From assembly GCA_964016885.1 (NCBI GenBank), contig OZ024745.1:7006001-7070000 (forward strand): a DNA stretch of 64,000 nt, in the 5' to 3' direction. This DNA comes from Eledone cirrhosa (Eukaryota). Shown here one piece after another: positions 17,036 through 33,214 of this stretch. Each line of letters begins with the position of its first letter. The stretch's first letter is position 1. The position numbers and the translations under genes were made by a program. The notes below the pieces were generated by a model. It was given only the letters and a program-made list of their open reading frames with translations. It was not told where the DNA came from and did not search any database.

Positions 17036-20000
17036 TATTTTATATATAGTATTGTATATAGTATATATAGTATTGTATAGTATATATAGTATCGTATAGT
17101 ATATATAGTATTGTATAGTATATATAGTATTGTATAGTATATATAGTATTGTATATAGTATATATAGTATTGTATGTAGTATATATAATATTGCACAGTA
17201 TATATAGTATCGTATAGTATATATTGTATAGTATATATTGTATAGTATATATAGTATTGTATATATTATGTATAGTATTATATATAGTATATATAGTATT
17301 GCATAGTATTTATAGTATTGCATAGTATTTATAGTATTGTATAGTATATATAGTATTGCATAGTATTTATAGTATTGTATAGTATATATAGTATTGTATA
17401 GTATATATAGTATTGTATAGTATATATAGTATTGTATAGTATATATAGTATTGTATAGTATATATAGTATTGTATAGTATTGTATAGTATATATAGTATT
17501 GTATAGTATATATAGTACTGTATAGTATATATAGTACTGTATAGTATATATAGTATTGTATAGTATATATAGTATTGTATAGTATATATAGTATTGTATA
17601 TTATATATAGCATTGTCTCGTATATATAGCATTGTATAATATATTTAGTATTGTATATAGTATATATAGTATTGTATATAGTATATATAGTATTGTATAA
17701 TATATATAGTATTGTATAATATATATAGTATTGTATAATATATATAGTATTGTATATAGTATATATAATATTGTATATAGTATATATAGTATTGTATATA
17801 GTATATATAGTATTGTATATAGTATATATAGTATTGTATATAGTATATATAGTATTGTATAGTATATATAGTATTGTATAGTATATATAGTATTGTATAG
17901 TATATATAGTATTGTATAGTATATATAGTATTGTATAGTATATATAGTATTGTATAGTATATATAGTATTGTATAGTATATATAGTATTGTATAGTATAT
18001 ATAGTATTGTATAGTATATATAGTATTGTATAGTATATATAGTATTGTATAGTATATATATTATTGTAAAGTATATATAGTATTGTATAGTATATATAGT
18101 ATTGTATGTTATATATAGTATTGTATAGTATATATAGTATTGTATAGTATATATAGTATTGTATGGTATATATAGTATTGTATAGTATATATAGTATTGT
18201 ATAGTATATATAGTATTGTATATAGTATATATTGTATTGTATAGTATATATAGTATTGTATATAGTATATATAGTATTGTATAGTATATATAGTATTGTA
18301 TAGTATATATAGTATTGTATAGTATATATAGTATTGTATAGTATATATAGTATTGTATAGTATATATAGTATTGTATAGTATATAGTGTATTGTATAGTA
18401 TATAGTGTATTGTATAGTATATAGTGTATTGTATAGTATATAGTGTATTGTATAGTATATAGTGTATTGTATAGTATATAGTGTATTGTATAGTATATAT
18501 TGTATTGTATAGTATATATTGTATTGTATACTATATATAGTATTATATACTATATATAGTATTGTATACTATATATAGTATTGTATACTATATATAGTAT
18601 TGTATACTATATATAGTATTGTATACTATATATAGTATTGTATACTATATATAGTATTGTATACTATATATAGTATTGTACAGTATATATAGTATTGTAT
18701 AATATATATAGTATTGTATAATATATATAGTATTGTATAATATATATAGTATTGTATAGTATATATAGTATTGTATAGTATAGATAGTATTGTATATGGT
18801 ATATATAGTATTGTATAGAGTATATATAGTATTGTATATAGAATATATAGTATTGTATAGTATATATAGTATTGTATATAGAATATATAGTATTGTATAT
18901 AGAATATATAGTATTGTATATAGTATTGTATATAGAATATATAGTATTGTATATAGTATTGTATATAGTATATATTGTATTGTATCGTATATATAGTTTT
19001 GCATATAATATATATAGTATTGTATATAGTATATATAGTATTGTATATAGTATATATAGTATTGTATAGTATATATAGTATTGTATAGTATTGTATAGTA
19101 TATATATATAGTATTGTATAGTATATATATATTGTATTGTATAGTATATATATATTGTATTGTATAGTATATATATATTGTATTGTATAGTATATATATA
19201 TTGTATTGTATAGTATATATATATATTGTATTGTATAGTATATATATATATTGTATTGTATAGTATATATATATATTGTATTGTATAGTATATATATATT
19301 GTATTGTATAGTATATATATATAGTATTGTATAGTATATATATATATAGTATTGTATAGTATATATATATATAGTATTGTATAGTATATATATATATAGT
19401 ATTGTATAGTATATATATATATAGTATTGTATAGTATATATATATATAGTATTGTATAGTATATATATATATAGTATTGTATAGTATATATATATATAGT
19501 ATTGTATAGTATATATATATATAGTATTGTATAGTATATATATATATAGTATTGTATAGTATATATATATATAGTATTGTATAGTATATATATATATAGT
19601 ATTGTATAGTATATATATATATAGTATTGTATAGTATATATATATATAGTATTGTATAGTATATATATATAGTATTGTGTATAGTATATATATATAGTAT
19701 TGTATAGTATATATATATATAGTATTGTATATAGTATATATATATAGTATTGTGTATAGTATATATATATAGTATTGTATATAGTATATATAGTTTTCTA
19801 TAGTATATAAAGTATTGTATATAGTATATATATAGTACTGTATAGTATATATAGTATTGTATAGTATATATAGTATTGTATAGTATATATAGTATTGTAT
19901 ATAGTATATATAGTATTGTATATAGTATATATAGTATTGTATATAGTATATATAGTATTGAAAATAGTATATATAGTATTGTATATATAGTATATATAGT

Positions 20001-20983
20001 ATTGTATATATAGTATATATAGTATTGTATATATAGTATATATAGTATTGTATATATAGTATATATAGTATTGTATATATAGTATATATAGTATTGTATA
20101 TATAGTATTGTATAGAGTATATATATTATTGTATAGTATTGTATAGTATATATAGTATTGTATATAGTATTGTATATAGTATATATAGTATTGTATAGTA
20201 TATATAGTATTGTATAGTATATATAGTATTGTATATAGTATATATAATATTGTATATAGTATATATAGTATTGTATATAGTATATATAGTATTGTATGTA
20301 GTATATATAGTATTGTAGACTATATATGGTATTTTATACTATATATAGTATTTTATACTATATATAGTATTTTATACTATATATAGTATTGTATACTATA
20401 TATATAGTATTGTATACTTTATATAGTATTGTATAGTATATATAGTATTTTATATAGTATATATAGTATTGTATATAGTATTTATAGTATTGTATATGGT
20501 ATATTATTGTATATAGTATATATAGTATGTATTGTATTGTATATAGTATATATTGTATTGTATATAGTATATATTTTATTGTATATAGTATATATTGTAT
20601 TGTATATAGTATATGTCGTATTGTATATAGTATATATAGTATTGCATAGTATATATAGTATTGTATAGTATATATAATATTGTATAGTATATATAATATT
20701 GTATAGTATATATAGTATTGTATATAGTATATATAGTATTGTATATAGTATATATAGTATTGTATATAGTATATATATTATTGTATATAGTATATATATT
20801 ATTGTATATAGTATATATAGTATTGTATATTATATATAGTATTGTATAGTATATATAGTATTGTATAGTATATATAGTATTGTATATTATATATAGTATT
20901 TATATAGTATTGCATAGTATATATAGTATTGTATAGTATATACAGTATTGCATAGTATATATAGTATTGTATAGTATATATAG

Positions 20984-21169
20984 TTGTTTCTACTTTAGGC
21001 ACAAGGCCAGCAAATTACACAGTGTATTACTGGTACTTTATTTTATCGACCCCGTAAGGATGAATGGCAAAGTTAACCCCGGCGGGATTTGATCTCAGAA
21101 TAGCAAGGGCCGTAACTCTATGCTTCAAAGCATGGCGTCCGACTCTCTACCAATACTGCTAATCCACCG
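20984..21169 (-). mobile_element. SINE in satellite, copy 2
   Basis: Identical to copy 1 with the same junctions; offset 4134 bp. Confidence 0.88.
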
Positions 21170-24100
21170 TATTTTATATATAGTATTGTATATAGTATAT
21201 ATAGTATTGTATAGTATATATAGTATCGTATAGTATATATAGTATTGTATAGTATATATAGTATTGTATAGTATATATAGTATTGTATATAGTATATATA
21301 GTATTGTATGTAGTATATATAATATTGCACAGTATATATAGTATCGTATAGTATATATTGTATAGTATATATTGTATAGTATATATAGTATTGTATATAT
21401 TATGTATAGTATTATATATAGTATATATAGTATTGCATAGTATTTATAGTATTGCATAGTATTTATAGTATTGTATAGTATATATAGTATTGCATAGTAT
21501 TTATAGTATTGTATAGTATATATAGTATTGTATAGTATATATAGTATTGTATAGTATATATAGTATTGTATAGTATATATAGTATTGTATAGTATATATA
21601 GTATTGTATAGTATTGTATAGTATATATAGTATTGTATAGTATATATAGTACTGTATAGTATATATAGTACTGTATAGTATATATAGTATTGTATAGTAT
21701 ATATAGTATTGTATAGTATATATAGTATTGTATATTATATATAGCATTGTCTCGTATATATAGCATTGTATAATATATTTAGTATTGTATATAGTATATA
21801 TAGTATTGTATATAGTATATATAGTATTGTATATAGTATATATAGTATTGTATAATATATATAGTATTGTATAATATATATAGTATTGTATAATATATAT
21901 AGTATTGTATATAGTATATATAATATTGTATATAGTATATATAGTATTGTATATAGTATATATAGTATTGTATATAGTATATATAGTATTGTATATAGTA
22001 TATATAGTATTGTATAGTATATATAGTATTGTATAGTATATATAGTATTGTATAGTATATATAGTATTGTATAGTATATATAGTATTGTATAGTATATAT
22101 AGTATTGTATAGTATATATAGTATTGTATAGTATATATAGTATTGTATAGTATATATAGTATTGTATAGTATATATATTATTGTAAAGTATATATAGTAT
22201 TGTATAGTATATATAGTATTGTATGTTATATATAGTATTGTATAGTATATATAGTATTGTATAGTATATATAGTATTGTATGGTATATATAGTATTGTAT
22301 AGTATATATAGTATTGTATAGTATATATAGTATTGTATATAGTATATATTGTATTGTATATTATATATAGTATTGTATAGTATATATAGTATTGTATAGT
22401 ATATATAGTATTGTATAGTATATATAGTATTGTATAGTATATATAGTATTGTATAGTATATATAGTATTGTATAGTATATAGTGTATTGTATAGTATATA
22501 GTGTATTGTATAGTATATAGTGTATTGTATAGTATATAGTGTATTGTATAGTATATAGTGTATTGTATAGTATATAGTGTATTGTATAGTATATATTGTA
22601 TTGTATAGTATATATTGTATTGTATACTATATATAGTATTATATACTATATATAGTATTGTATACTATATATAGTATTGTATACTATATATAGTATTGTA
22701 TACTATATATAGTATTGTATACTATATATAGTATTGTATACTATATATAGTATTGTATACTATATATAGTATTGTATACTATATATAGTATTGTACAGTA
22801 TATATAGTATTGTATAATATATATAGTATTGTATAATATATATAGTATTGTATAATATATATAGTATTGTATAGTATATATAGTATTGTATAGTATAGAT
22901 AGTATTGTATATGGTATATATAGTATTGTATAGAGTATATATAGTATTGTATATAGAATATATAGTATTGTATATAGAATATATAGTATTGTATAGTATA
23001 TATAGTATTGTATATAGTATTGTATATAGAATATATAGTATTGTATATAGTATTGTATATAGAATATATAGTATTGTATATAGTATTGTATATAGTATAT
23101 ATTGTATTGTATCGTATATATAGTTTTGCATATAATATATATAGTATTGTATATAGTATATATAGTATTGTATATAGTATATATAGTATTGTATAGTATA
23201 TATAGTATTGTATATAGTATATATAGTATTGTATAGTATATATAGTATTGTATAGTATTGTATAGTATATATATATAGTATTGTATAGTATATATATATT
23301 GTATTGTATAGTATATATATATTGTATTGTATAGTATATATATATTGTATTGTATAGTATATATATATTGTATTGTATAGTATATATATATATTGTATTG
23401 TATAGTATATATATATATTGTATTGTATAGTATATATATATATTGTATTGTATAGTATATATATATTGTATTGTATAGTATATATATATAGTATTGTATA
23501 GTATATATATATATAGTATTGTATAGTATATATATATATAGTATTGTATAGTATATATATATATAGTATTGTATAGTATATATATATATAGTATTGTATT
23601 GTATATATATATATAGTATTGTATAGTATATATATATATAGTATTGTATAGTATATATATATATAGTATTGTATAGTATATATATATATAGTATTGTATA
23701 GTATATATATATAGTATTGTATAGTATATATATATAGTATTGTATAGTATATATATATATAGTATTGTATATAGTATATATATATAGTATTGTGTATAGT
23801 ATATATATATAGTATTGTATATAGTATATATAGTTTTCTATAGTATATAAAGTATTGTATATAGTATATATATAGTACTGTATAGTATATATAGTATTGT
23901 ATAGTATATATAGTATTGTATAGTATATATAGTATTGTATAGTATATATAGTATTGTATATAGTATATATAGTATTGTATATAGTATATATAGTATTGTA
24001 TATAGTATATATAGTATTGAAAATAGTATATATAGTATTGTATATATAGTATATATAGTATTGTATATATAGTATATATAGTATTGTATATATAGTATTG

Positions 24101-24989
24101 TATATATAGTATATATAGTATTGTATATATAGTATTGTATAGAGTATATATATTATTGTATAGTATTGTATAGTATATATAGTATTGTATATAGTATTGT
24201 ATATAGTATATATAGTATTGTATAGTATATATAGTATTGTATAGTATATATAGTATTGTATATAGTATATATAATATTGTATATAGTATATATAGTATTA
24301 TATATAGTATATATAGTATTGTATGTAGTATATATAGTATTGTAGACTATATATGGTATTTTATACTATATATAGTATTTTATACTATATATAGTATTGT
24401 ATACTATATATATAGTATTGTATACTTTATATAGTATTGTATAGTATATATAGTATTTTATATAGTATATATAGTATTGTATATAGTATTTATAGTATTG
24501 TATATGGTATATTATTGTATATAGTATATATAGTATGTATTGTATTGTATATAGTATATATTGTATTGTATATAGTATATATTTTATTGTATATAGTATA
24601 TATTGTATTGTATATAGTATATGTCGTATTGTATATAGTATATATAGTATTGCATAGTATATATAGTATTGTATAGTATATATAATATTGTATAGTATAT
24701 ATAATATTGTATAGTATATATAGTATTGTATATAGTATATATAGTATTGTATATAGTATATATAGTATTGTATATAGTATATATATTATTGTATATAGTA
24801 TATATAGTATTGTATATTATATATAGTATTGTATAGTATATATAGTATTGTATAGTATATATAGTATTGTATATTATATATAGTATTTATATAGTATTGC
24901 ATAGTATATATAGTATTGTATAGTATATACAGTATTGCATAGTATATACAGTATTGTATAGTATATATAGTATTGTATAGTATATATAG

Positions 24990-25175
24990 TTGTTTCTACT
25001 TTAGGCACAAGGCCAGCAAATTACACAGTGTATTACTGGTACTTTATTTTATCGACCCCGTAAGGATGAATGGCAAAGTTAACCCCGGCGGGATTTGATC
25101 TCAGAATAGCAAGGGTCGTAACTCTATGCTTCAAAGCATGGCGTCCGACTCTCTACCAATACTGCTAATCCACCG
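24990..25175 (-). mobile_element. SINE in satellite, copy 3
   Basis: One substitution versus copy 1 (AAGGGTCGTA for AAGGGCCGTA); offset 4006 bp from copy 2. Confidence 0.88.
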
Positions 25176-27357
25176 TATTTTATATATAGTATTGTATATA
25201 GTATATATAGTATTGTATAGTATATATAGTATCGTATAGTATATATAGTATTGTATAGTATATATAGTATTGTATAGTATATATAGTATTGTATAGTATA
25301 TATTGTATTGTATGTAGTATATATAGTATTGTATAGTATATATTGTATTGTATGTAGTATATATAATATTGCATAGTATATATAGTATTGTATAGTATAT
25401 ATTGTATAGTATATATTGTATAGTATATATAATATTGTATAGTATATATTGTATTGTATATATTATATATAGTATTATATATAGTATATATAGTATTGCA
25501 TAGTATATATAGTATTGTATAGTATATATAGTATTGTATAGTATATATAGTATTGTATAGTATATATAATATTGTATAGTATATATAGTATTGTATAGTA
25601 TATATAGTATTGTATAGTATATATAGTATTGTATAGTATATATAGTATTGTATAGTATATATAGTATTGTATATAGTATATATAGTATTGTATGTAGTAT
25701 ATATAATATTGCATAGTATATATAATATTGCATAGTATATATAGTATTGTATAGTATATATAATATTGTATAGTATATATAGTATTGTATATTATATATA
25801 GTATTGTATATTATATATAGTATTGTATATATTATATATAGTATTGTATATATTATATATAGTATTATATATAGTATATATAGTATTGCATAGTATATAT
25901 AGTATTGCATAGTATATATAGTATTGTATAGTATATATAGTATTGTATAGTATATATAGTATTGTATAGTATATATAGTAGTGTATAGTATATATAGTAG
26001 TGTATAGTATATATAGTAGTGTATAGTATATATAGTAGTGTATAGTATATATAGTATTGTATAGTATATATAGTATTGTATAGTATATATAGTATTGTAT
26101 AGTATATATAGTATTGTATAGTATATATAGTATTGTATAGTATATATAGTATTGTATAGTATATATAGTATTGTATAGTATATATAGCATTGTCTCGTAT
26201 ATATAGCATTGTATAGTATATATAGTATTGTATAGTATATATAGTATTGTATAGTATATATAGTATTGTATAGTATATATAGTATTGTATAGTATATATA
26301 GCATTGTCTCGTATATATAGCATTGTATAATATATTTAGTATTGTATATAGTATATATAGTATTGTATAATATATATAGTATTGTATATAATATATATAG
26401 TATTGTATATAGTATATATAGTATTGTATAGTATATATAGTATTGTATAGTATATATAGTACCGTATAGTATATATAGTATTGTATAGTATATATAGTAT
26501 TGTATAGTATATATAGTATTGTATAGTATATATAGTATTGTATAGTATATATAGTATTGTATAGTATATATAGTATTGTATAGTATATATAGTATTGTAT
26601 AGTATATATAGGATTGTATATAGTATATATAGGATTGTATATAGTATATATAGGATTGTATATAGTATATATAGTACTGTATATAGTATATATAATATTG
26701 TATAGTATATATAATATTGTATAGTATATATAGTATTGTATAGTATATATTGTATTGTATAGTATATATTGTATTGTATAGTATATATTGTATTGTATAG
26801 TATATATTGTATTGTATAGTATATATTGTATTGTATAGTATATATAGTATTGTACAGTATATACAGTATTGTACAGTATATATAGTATTGTATAGTATAT
26901 ATATTATTGTATAGTATATATAGTATTGTATAGTATATATAGTATTGTATAGTATAGATAGTATTGTATAGTATAGATAGTATTGTATAGTATAGGTAGT
27001 ATTGTATAGTATAGGTAGTATTGTATAGTATAGGTAGTATTGTATATTATATATATAGTATTGTATATAGTATATATAGTATTGTATATAGTATATATAG
27101 TATTGTATATAGTATATATAGTATTGTATATAGTATATATAGTATTGTATATAGTATATATAGTATTGTATATATAGTATATATAGTATTGTATATATAG
27201 TATTGTATATAGTATATATAGTATTGTATATAGTATATATAGTATTGTATATAGTATATATAGTATTGTATACAGTATATATAGTATTGTATATATAGTA
27301 TTGTATATAGTATATATAGTGTTGCATAGTATATATAGTATTGTATAGTATATATAG

Positions 27358-27543
27358 TTGTTTCTACTTTAGGCACAAGGCCAGCAAATTACACAGTGTA
27401 TTACTGGTACTTTATTTTATCGACCCCGTAAGGATGAATGGCAAAGTTAACCCCAGCGGGATTTGATCTCAGAATAGCAAGGGCCGTAACTCTATGCTTC
27501 AAAGCATGGCGTCCGACTCTCTACCAATACTGCTAATCCACCG
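27358..27543 (-). mobile_element. SINE in satellite, copy 4
   Basis: One substitution versus copy 1 (CCCCAGCGGG for CCCCGGCGGG); offset 2368 bp from copy 3. Confidence 0.88.
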
Positions 27544-30500
27544 TATTTTATATATAGTATTGTATATAGTATATATAGTATTGTATAGTATATATAGTAT
27601 CGTATAGTATATATAGTATTGTATAGTATATATAGTATTGTATAGTATATATAGTATTGTATAGTATATATAGTATTGTATATAGTATATATAGTATTGT
27701 ATGTAGTATATATAATATTGCACAGTATATATAGTATCGTATAGTATATATTGTATAGTATATATTGTATAGTATATATAGTATTGTATATATTATGTAT
27801 AGTATTATATATAGTATATATAGTATTGCATAGTATTTATAGTATTGTATAGTATATATAGTATTGTATAGTATATATAGTATTGTATAGTATATATAGT
27901 ATATATAGTATTGTATAGTATATATAGTATTGTATAGTATATATAGTATTGTATAGTATATATAGTATTGTATAGTATATATAGTATTGTATAGTATATA
28001 TAGCATTGTATAGTATATATAGTATTGTATAGTATATATAGTATTGTATAGTATATATAGTATTGTATAGTATATATAGTATTGTATAGTATATATAGTA
28101 TTGTATAGTATATATAGTATTGTATAGTATATATAGTATTGTATAGTATATATAGTATTGTATAGTATATATAGTATTGTATAGTATATATAGCATTGTA
28201 TCGTATATATAGCATTGTATCGTATATATAGCATTGTATAATATATTTAGTATTGTATATAGTATATATAGTATTGTATAATATATATAGTATTGTATAA
28301 TATATATAGTATTGTATATAGTATATATAATATTGTATATAGTATATATAGTATTGTATATAGTATATATAGTATTGTATATAGTATATATAGTATTGTA
28401 TATAGTATATATAGTATTGTATATAGTATATATAGTATTGTATATAGTATATATAGTATTGTATATAGTATATATAGTATTGTATATAGTATATATAGTA
28501 TTGTATAGTATATATAGTATTGTATAGTATATATAGTATTGTATAGTATATATAGTATTGTATAGTATATATAGTATTGTATAGTATATATAGTATTGTA
28601 TAGTATATATAGTATTGTATAGTATATATAGTATTGTATAGTATATATAGTATTGTATAGTATATATATTATTGTATAGTATTTATAGTGTTGTATAGTA
28701 TATATAGTATTGTATAGTATATATAGTATTGTAAAGTATATATAGTATTGTAAAGTATATATAGTATTGTATAATATATATAGTATTGTATAATATATAT
28801 AGTATTGTATAGTATATATAGTATTGTATAGTATATATAGTATTGTATAGTATATATAGTATTGTATAGTATATATAGTATTGTATATAGTATATATAGT
28901 ATTGTATAGTATATATAGTATTGTATAGTATATATAGTATTGTATAGTATATATCGTATTGTATAGTATATATAGTATTTTATAGTATATATAGTATTGT
29001 ATAGTATATAGTGTATTGTATAGTATATAGTGTATTGTATAGTATATAGTGTATTGTATAGTATATATTGTATTGTATACTATATATAGTATTGTATACT
29101 ATATATAGTATTGTATACTATATATAGTATTGTATACTATATATAGTATTGTATACTATATATAGTATTGTATACTATATATAGTATTGTACAGTATATA
29201 TAGTATTGTATAATATATATAGTATTGTATAGTATATATAGTATTGTATAGTATAGATAGTATTGTATAAAGTATATATAGTATTGTATAAAGTATATAT
29301 AGTATTGTATAGAGTATATATATTATTGTATAGAGTATATATAGTATTGTATATAGTATATATAGTATTGTATATAGAATATATAGTATTGTATAGTATA
29401 TATAGTATTGTATATAGTATTGTATATAGAATATATAGTATTGTATATAGTATTGTATAGTATATATAGTATTGTATATAGTATTGTATATAGTATATAT
29501 TGTATTGTATCGTATATATAGTATTGTATATAATATATATAGTATTGTATATAGTATATATAGTATTGTATAGTATATATAGTATTGTGTAGTATTGCAT
29601 AGTATATATATATAGTATTGTATAGTATATATATATTGTATTGTATATTATATATATATTGTATTGTATAGTATATATATATTGTATTGTATAGTATATA
29701 TATATTGTATTGTATAGTATATATATATTGTATAGTATATATATATTGTATTGTATAGTATATATATATAGTATTGTATAGTATATATATATATAGTATT
29801 GTATTGTATAGTATATATATATATAGTATTGTATAGTATATATATATATAGTATTGTATAGTATATATATATATAGTATTGTATAGTATATATATATATA
29901 GTATTGTATAGTATATATATATATAGTATTGTATAGTATATATATATATAGTATTGTATAGTATATATATATAGTATTGTATAGTATATATATATATAGT
30001 ATTGTATAGTATATATATATATAGTATTGTATAGTATATATATATATAGTATTGTATAGTATATATATATAGTATTGTATATAGTATATATATATAGTAT
30101 TGTGTATAGTATATATATATAGTATTGTATATAGTATATATATAGTACTGTATAGTATATATAGTACTGTATAGTATATATACTATTGTATAGTATTGTA
30201 TAGTATATATAGTATTGTATATATAGTATTGTATATAGTATATATAGTATTGTATATAGTATATATAGTATTGTATATAGTATATATAGTATTGTATATA
30301 GTATATATAGTATTGTATATAGTATATATAGTATTGTATATAGTATATATAGTATTGTATATATAGTATATATAGTATTGTATATATAGTATATATAGTA
30401 TTGTATATATAGTATTGTATAGAGTATATATAGTATTGTATATAGTATATATATTATTGTATAGTATTGTATAGTATATATAGTATTGTATATAGTAGTG

Positions 30501-31675
30501 TATATAGTATATATATATTATTGTATATAGTATATATATATTATTGTATATAGTATATATAGTATTGTATAGTATATATAGTATTGTATATAGTATATAT
30601 AATATTGTATATAGTATATATAGTATTGTATATAGTATATATAATATTGTATATAGTATATATAGTATTGTATATAGTATATATAGTATTGTATGTAGTA
30701 TATATAGTATTGTAGACTATATATAGTATTTTAGACTATATATAGTATTTTATATTATATATAGTATTTTATACTATATATAGTATTTTATACTATATAT
30801 AGTATTTTATACTATATATAGTATTTTATACTATATATAGTATTTTATACTATATATAGTATTTTATACTATATATAGTATTGTATACTATATATAGTAT
30901 TGTATACTATATATAGTATTGTATACTTTATATAGTATTGTATAGTATTTTATATAGTATATATAGTATTGTATATAGTATTTATTGTATTGTATTTGGT
31001 ATATTATTGTATATAGTATATATAGTATGTATTGTATTGTATATAGTATGTATTGTATTGTATATAGTATATATTGTATTGTATATAGTATATATTGTAT
31101 TGTATATAGTATATATTGTATTGTATATAGTATATATAGTATTGCATAGTATATATAGTATTGTATAGTATATATAGTATTGTGTAGTATATATAGTATT
31201 GTATAGTATATATAGTATTGTATAGTATATAGAGTATTGTATAGTATATATAGTATTGTATAGTATATATAAGATTTTATAGTATATATAGTATTGTATA
31301 TAGTATATATAGTATTGTATATAGTATATATAGTATTGTATATAGTATATATAGTATTGTATATAGTATATATAGTATTGTATATAGTATATATAGTATT
31401 GTATATAGTATATATAGTATTGTATATAGTATATATAGTATTGTATATAGTATATATAATATTGTATATAGTATATATAATATTGTATATAGTATATATA
31501 GTATTGTATATAGTATATATAGTATTGTATATTATATATAGTATTGTATATTATATATAGTATTTATATAGTATATATAGTATTGCATAGTATATATAGT
31601 ATTGTATAGTATATACAGTATTGCATAGTATATACAGTATTGTATAGTATATATAGTATTGTATAGTATATATAG

Positions 31676-31861
31676 TTGTTTCTACTTTAGGCACAAGGCC
31701 AGCAAATTACACAGTGTATTACTGGTACTTTATTTTATCGACCCCGTAAGGATGAATGACAAAGTTAACCCCGGCGGGATTTGATCTCAGAATAGCAAGG
31801 GTCGTAACTCTATGCTTCTAAGCATGGCGTCCGACTCTCTACCAATACTGCTAATCCACCG
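31676..31861 (-). mobile_element. SINE in satellite, copy 5
   Basis: Three substitutions versus copy 1 (GAATGAC, GGGTCGTA, CTTCTAAG); offset 4318 bp from copy 4. Confidence 0.88.
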
Positions 31862-33156
31862 TATAGTATATATAGTATTGTATAGTATATATAGTATTGT
31901 ATAGTATATATAGTATTGTATAGTATATATAGTATTGTATGTAGTATATATAATATTGCATAGTATATATAGTATTGCATCGTATATATAGTATTTATAT
32001 AGTATATAGAGTATTTATATAGTATATATAGTATTGCATAGTATATATAGTATTGCATAGTATTGCATAGTATTGCATAGTATTGCATAGTATATATAGT
32101 ATTGCATAGTATATATAGTATTGTGTAGTATATATAAGATTGTATAATATATATAAGATTGTATAGTATATATAATATTGTATAGTATATATAAGATTGT
32201 ATATAGTATTGTATATTATATATAGTATTGTATATTATATATAGTATTGTATATTATATATAGTATTGTATATTATATATAGTATTGTATATTATATATA
32301 GTATTGTATATTATATATAGTATTGTATATTATATATAGTATTGTATAGTATATATTGTATTGTATAGTATATATAGTATTGTATAGTATATATAGTATT
32401 GTATAGAATTGTATAGTATATATAGTATTGTATAGTATATATAGTATTGTATAGTATATATAGTATTGTATAGTATATATAGTATTGTATAGTATATATA
32501 ATATTGTATAGTATATATAATATTGTATAGTATATATAATATTGTATAGTATATATACTATAGTATATATAATATTGTATAGTATATATAGTATTGTATA
32601 GTATTGTATAGTATATATAGTATTGTATAGTATATATAGTATTATATAGTATGTATAGTATTGTATAGTATATATAGTATTGTATAGTATATATAGTATT
32701 GTATAGTATATATAGTATTGTATAGTATATATAGTATTGTATAGTATATATAGTATTGTATAGTATATATAGTATTGTATAGTATATATAGCATTGTATA
32801 GTATATATAGTATTGTATAGTATACATAGTATTGTATAGTATATATAGTATTGTATAGTATACATAGTATTGTATAGTATATATAGTATTGTATAGTATA
32901 TATAGTATTGTATAGTATATATAGTATTGTATAGTATATATAGTATTGTATAGTATATATAGTATTGTATAGTATATATAGTATTGTATAGTATATATAG
33001 TATTGTAGAGTATATATAGTATTGTATATAGTATATATAGTATTGTATATAGTATATATAATAGTGTATAGTATATATAGTATTGTATAGCATATATAGG
33101 ATTGAATAGTATATATAGGATTGAATAGTATATATAGTATATATAGTATTGTATAG

Positions 33157-33214
33157 AGTGTTCCTTCTCCTAGAATTCTGCCTTGACAAAGGCTAAGGGG
33201 TCATCTCTCCCAGC
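33157..33214. repeat. 58-bp island A, copy 3 (AGTGTTCC variant)
   Basis: Same island with T>G at position 4. Confidence 0.92.
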
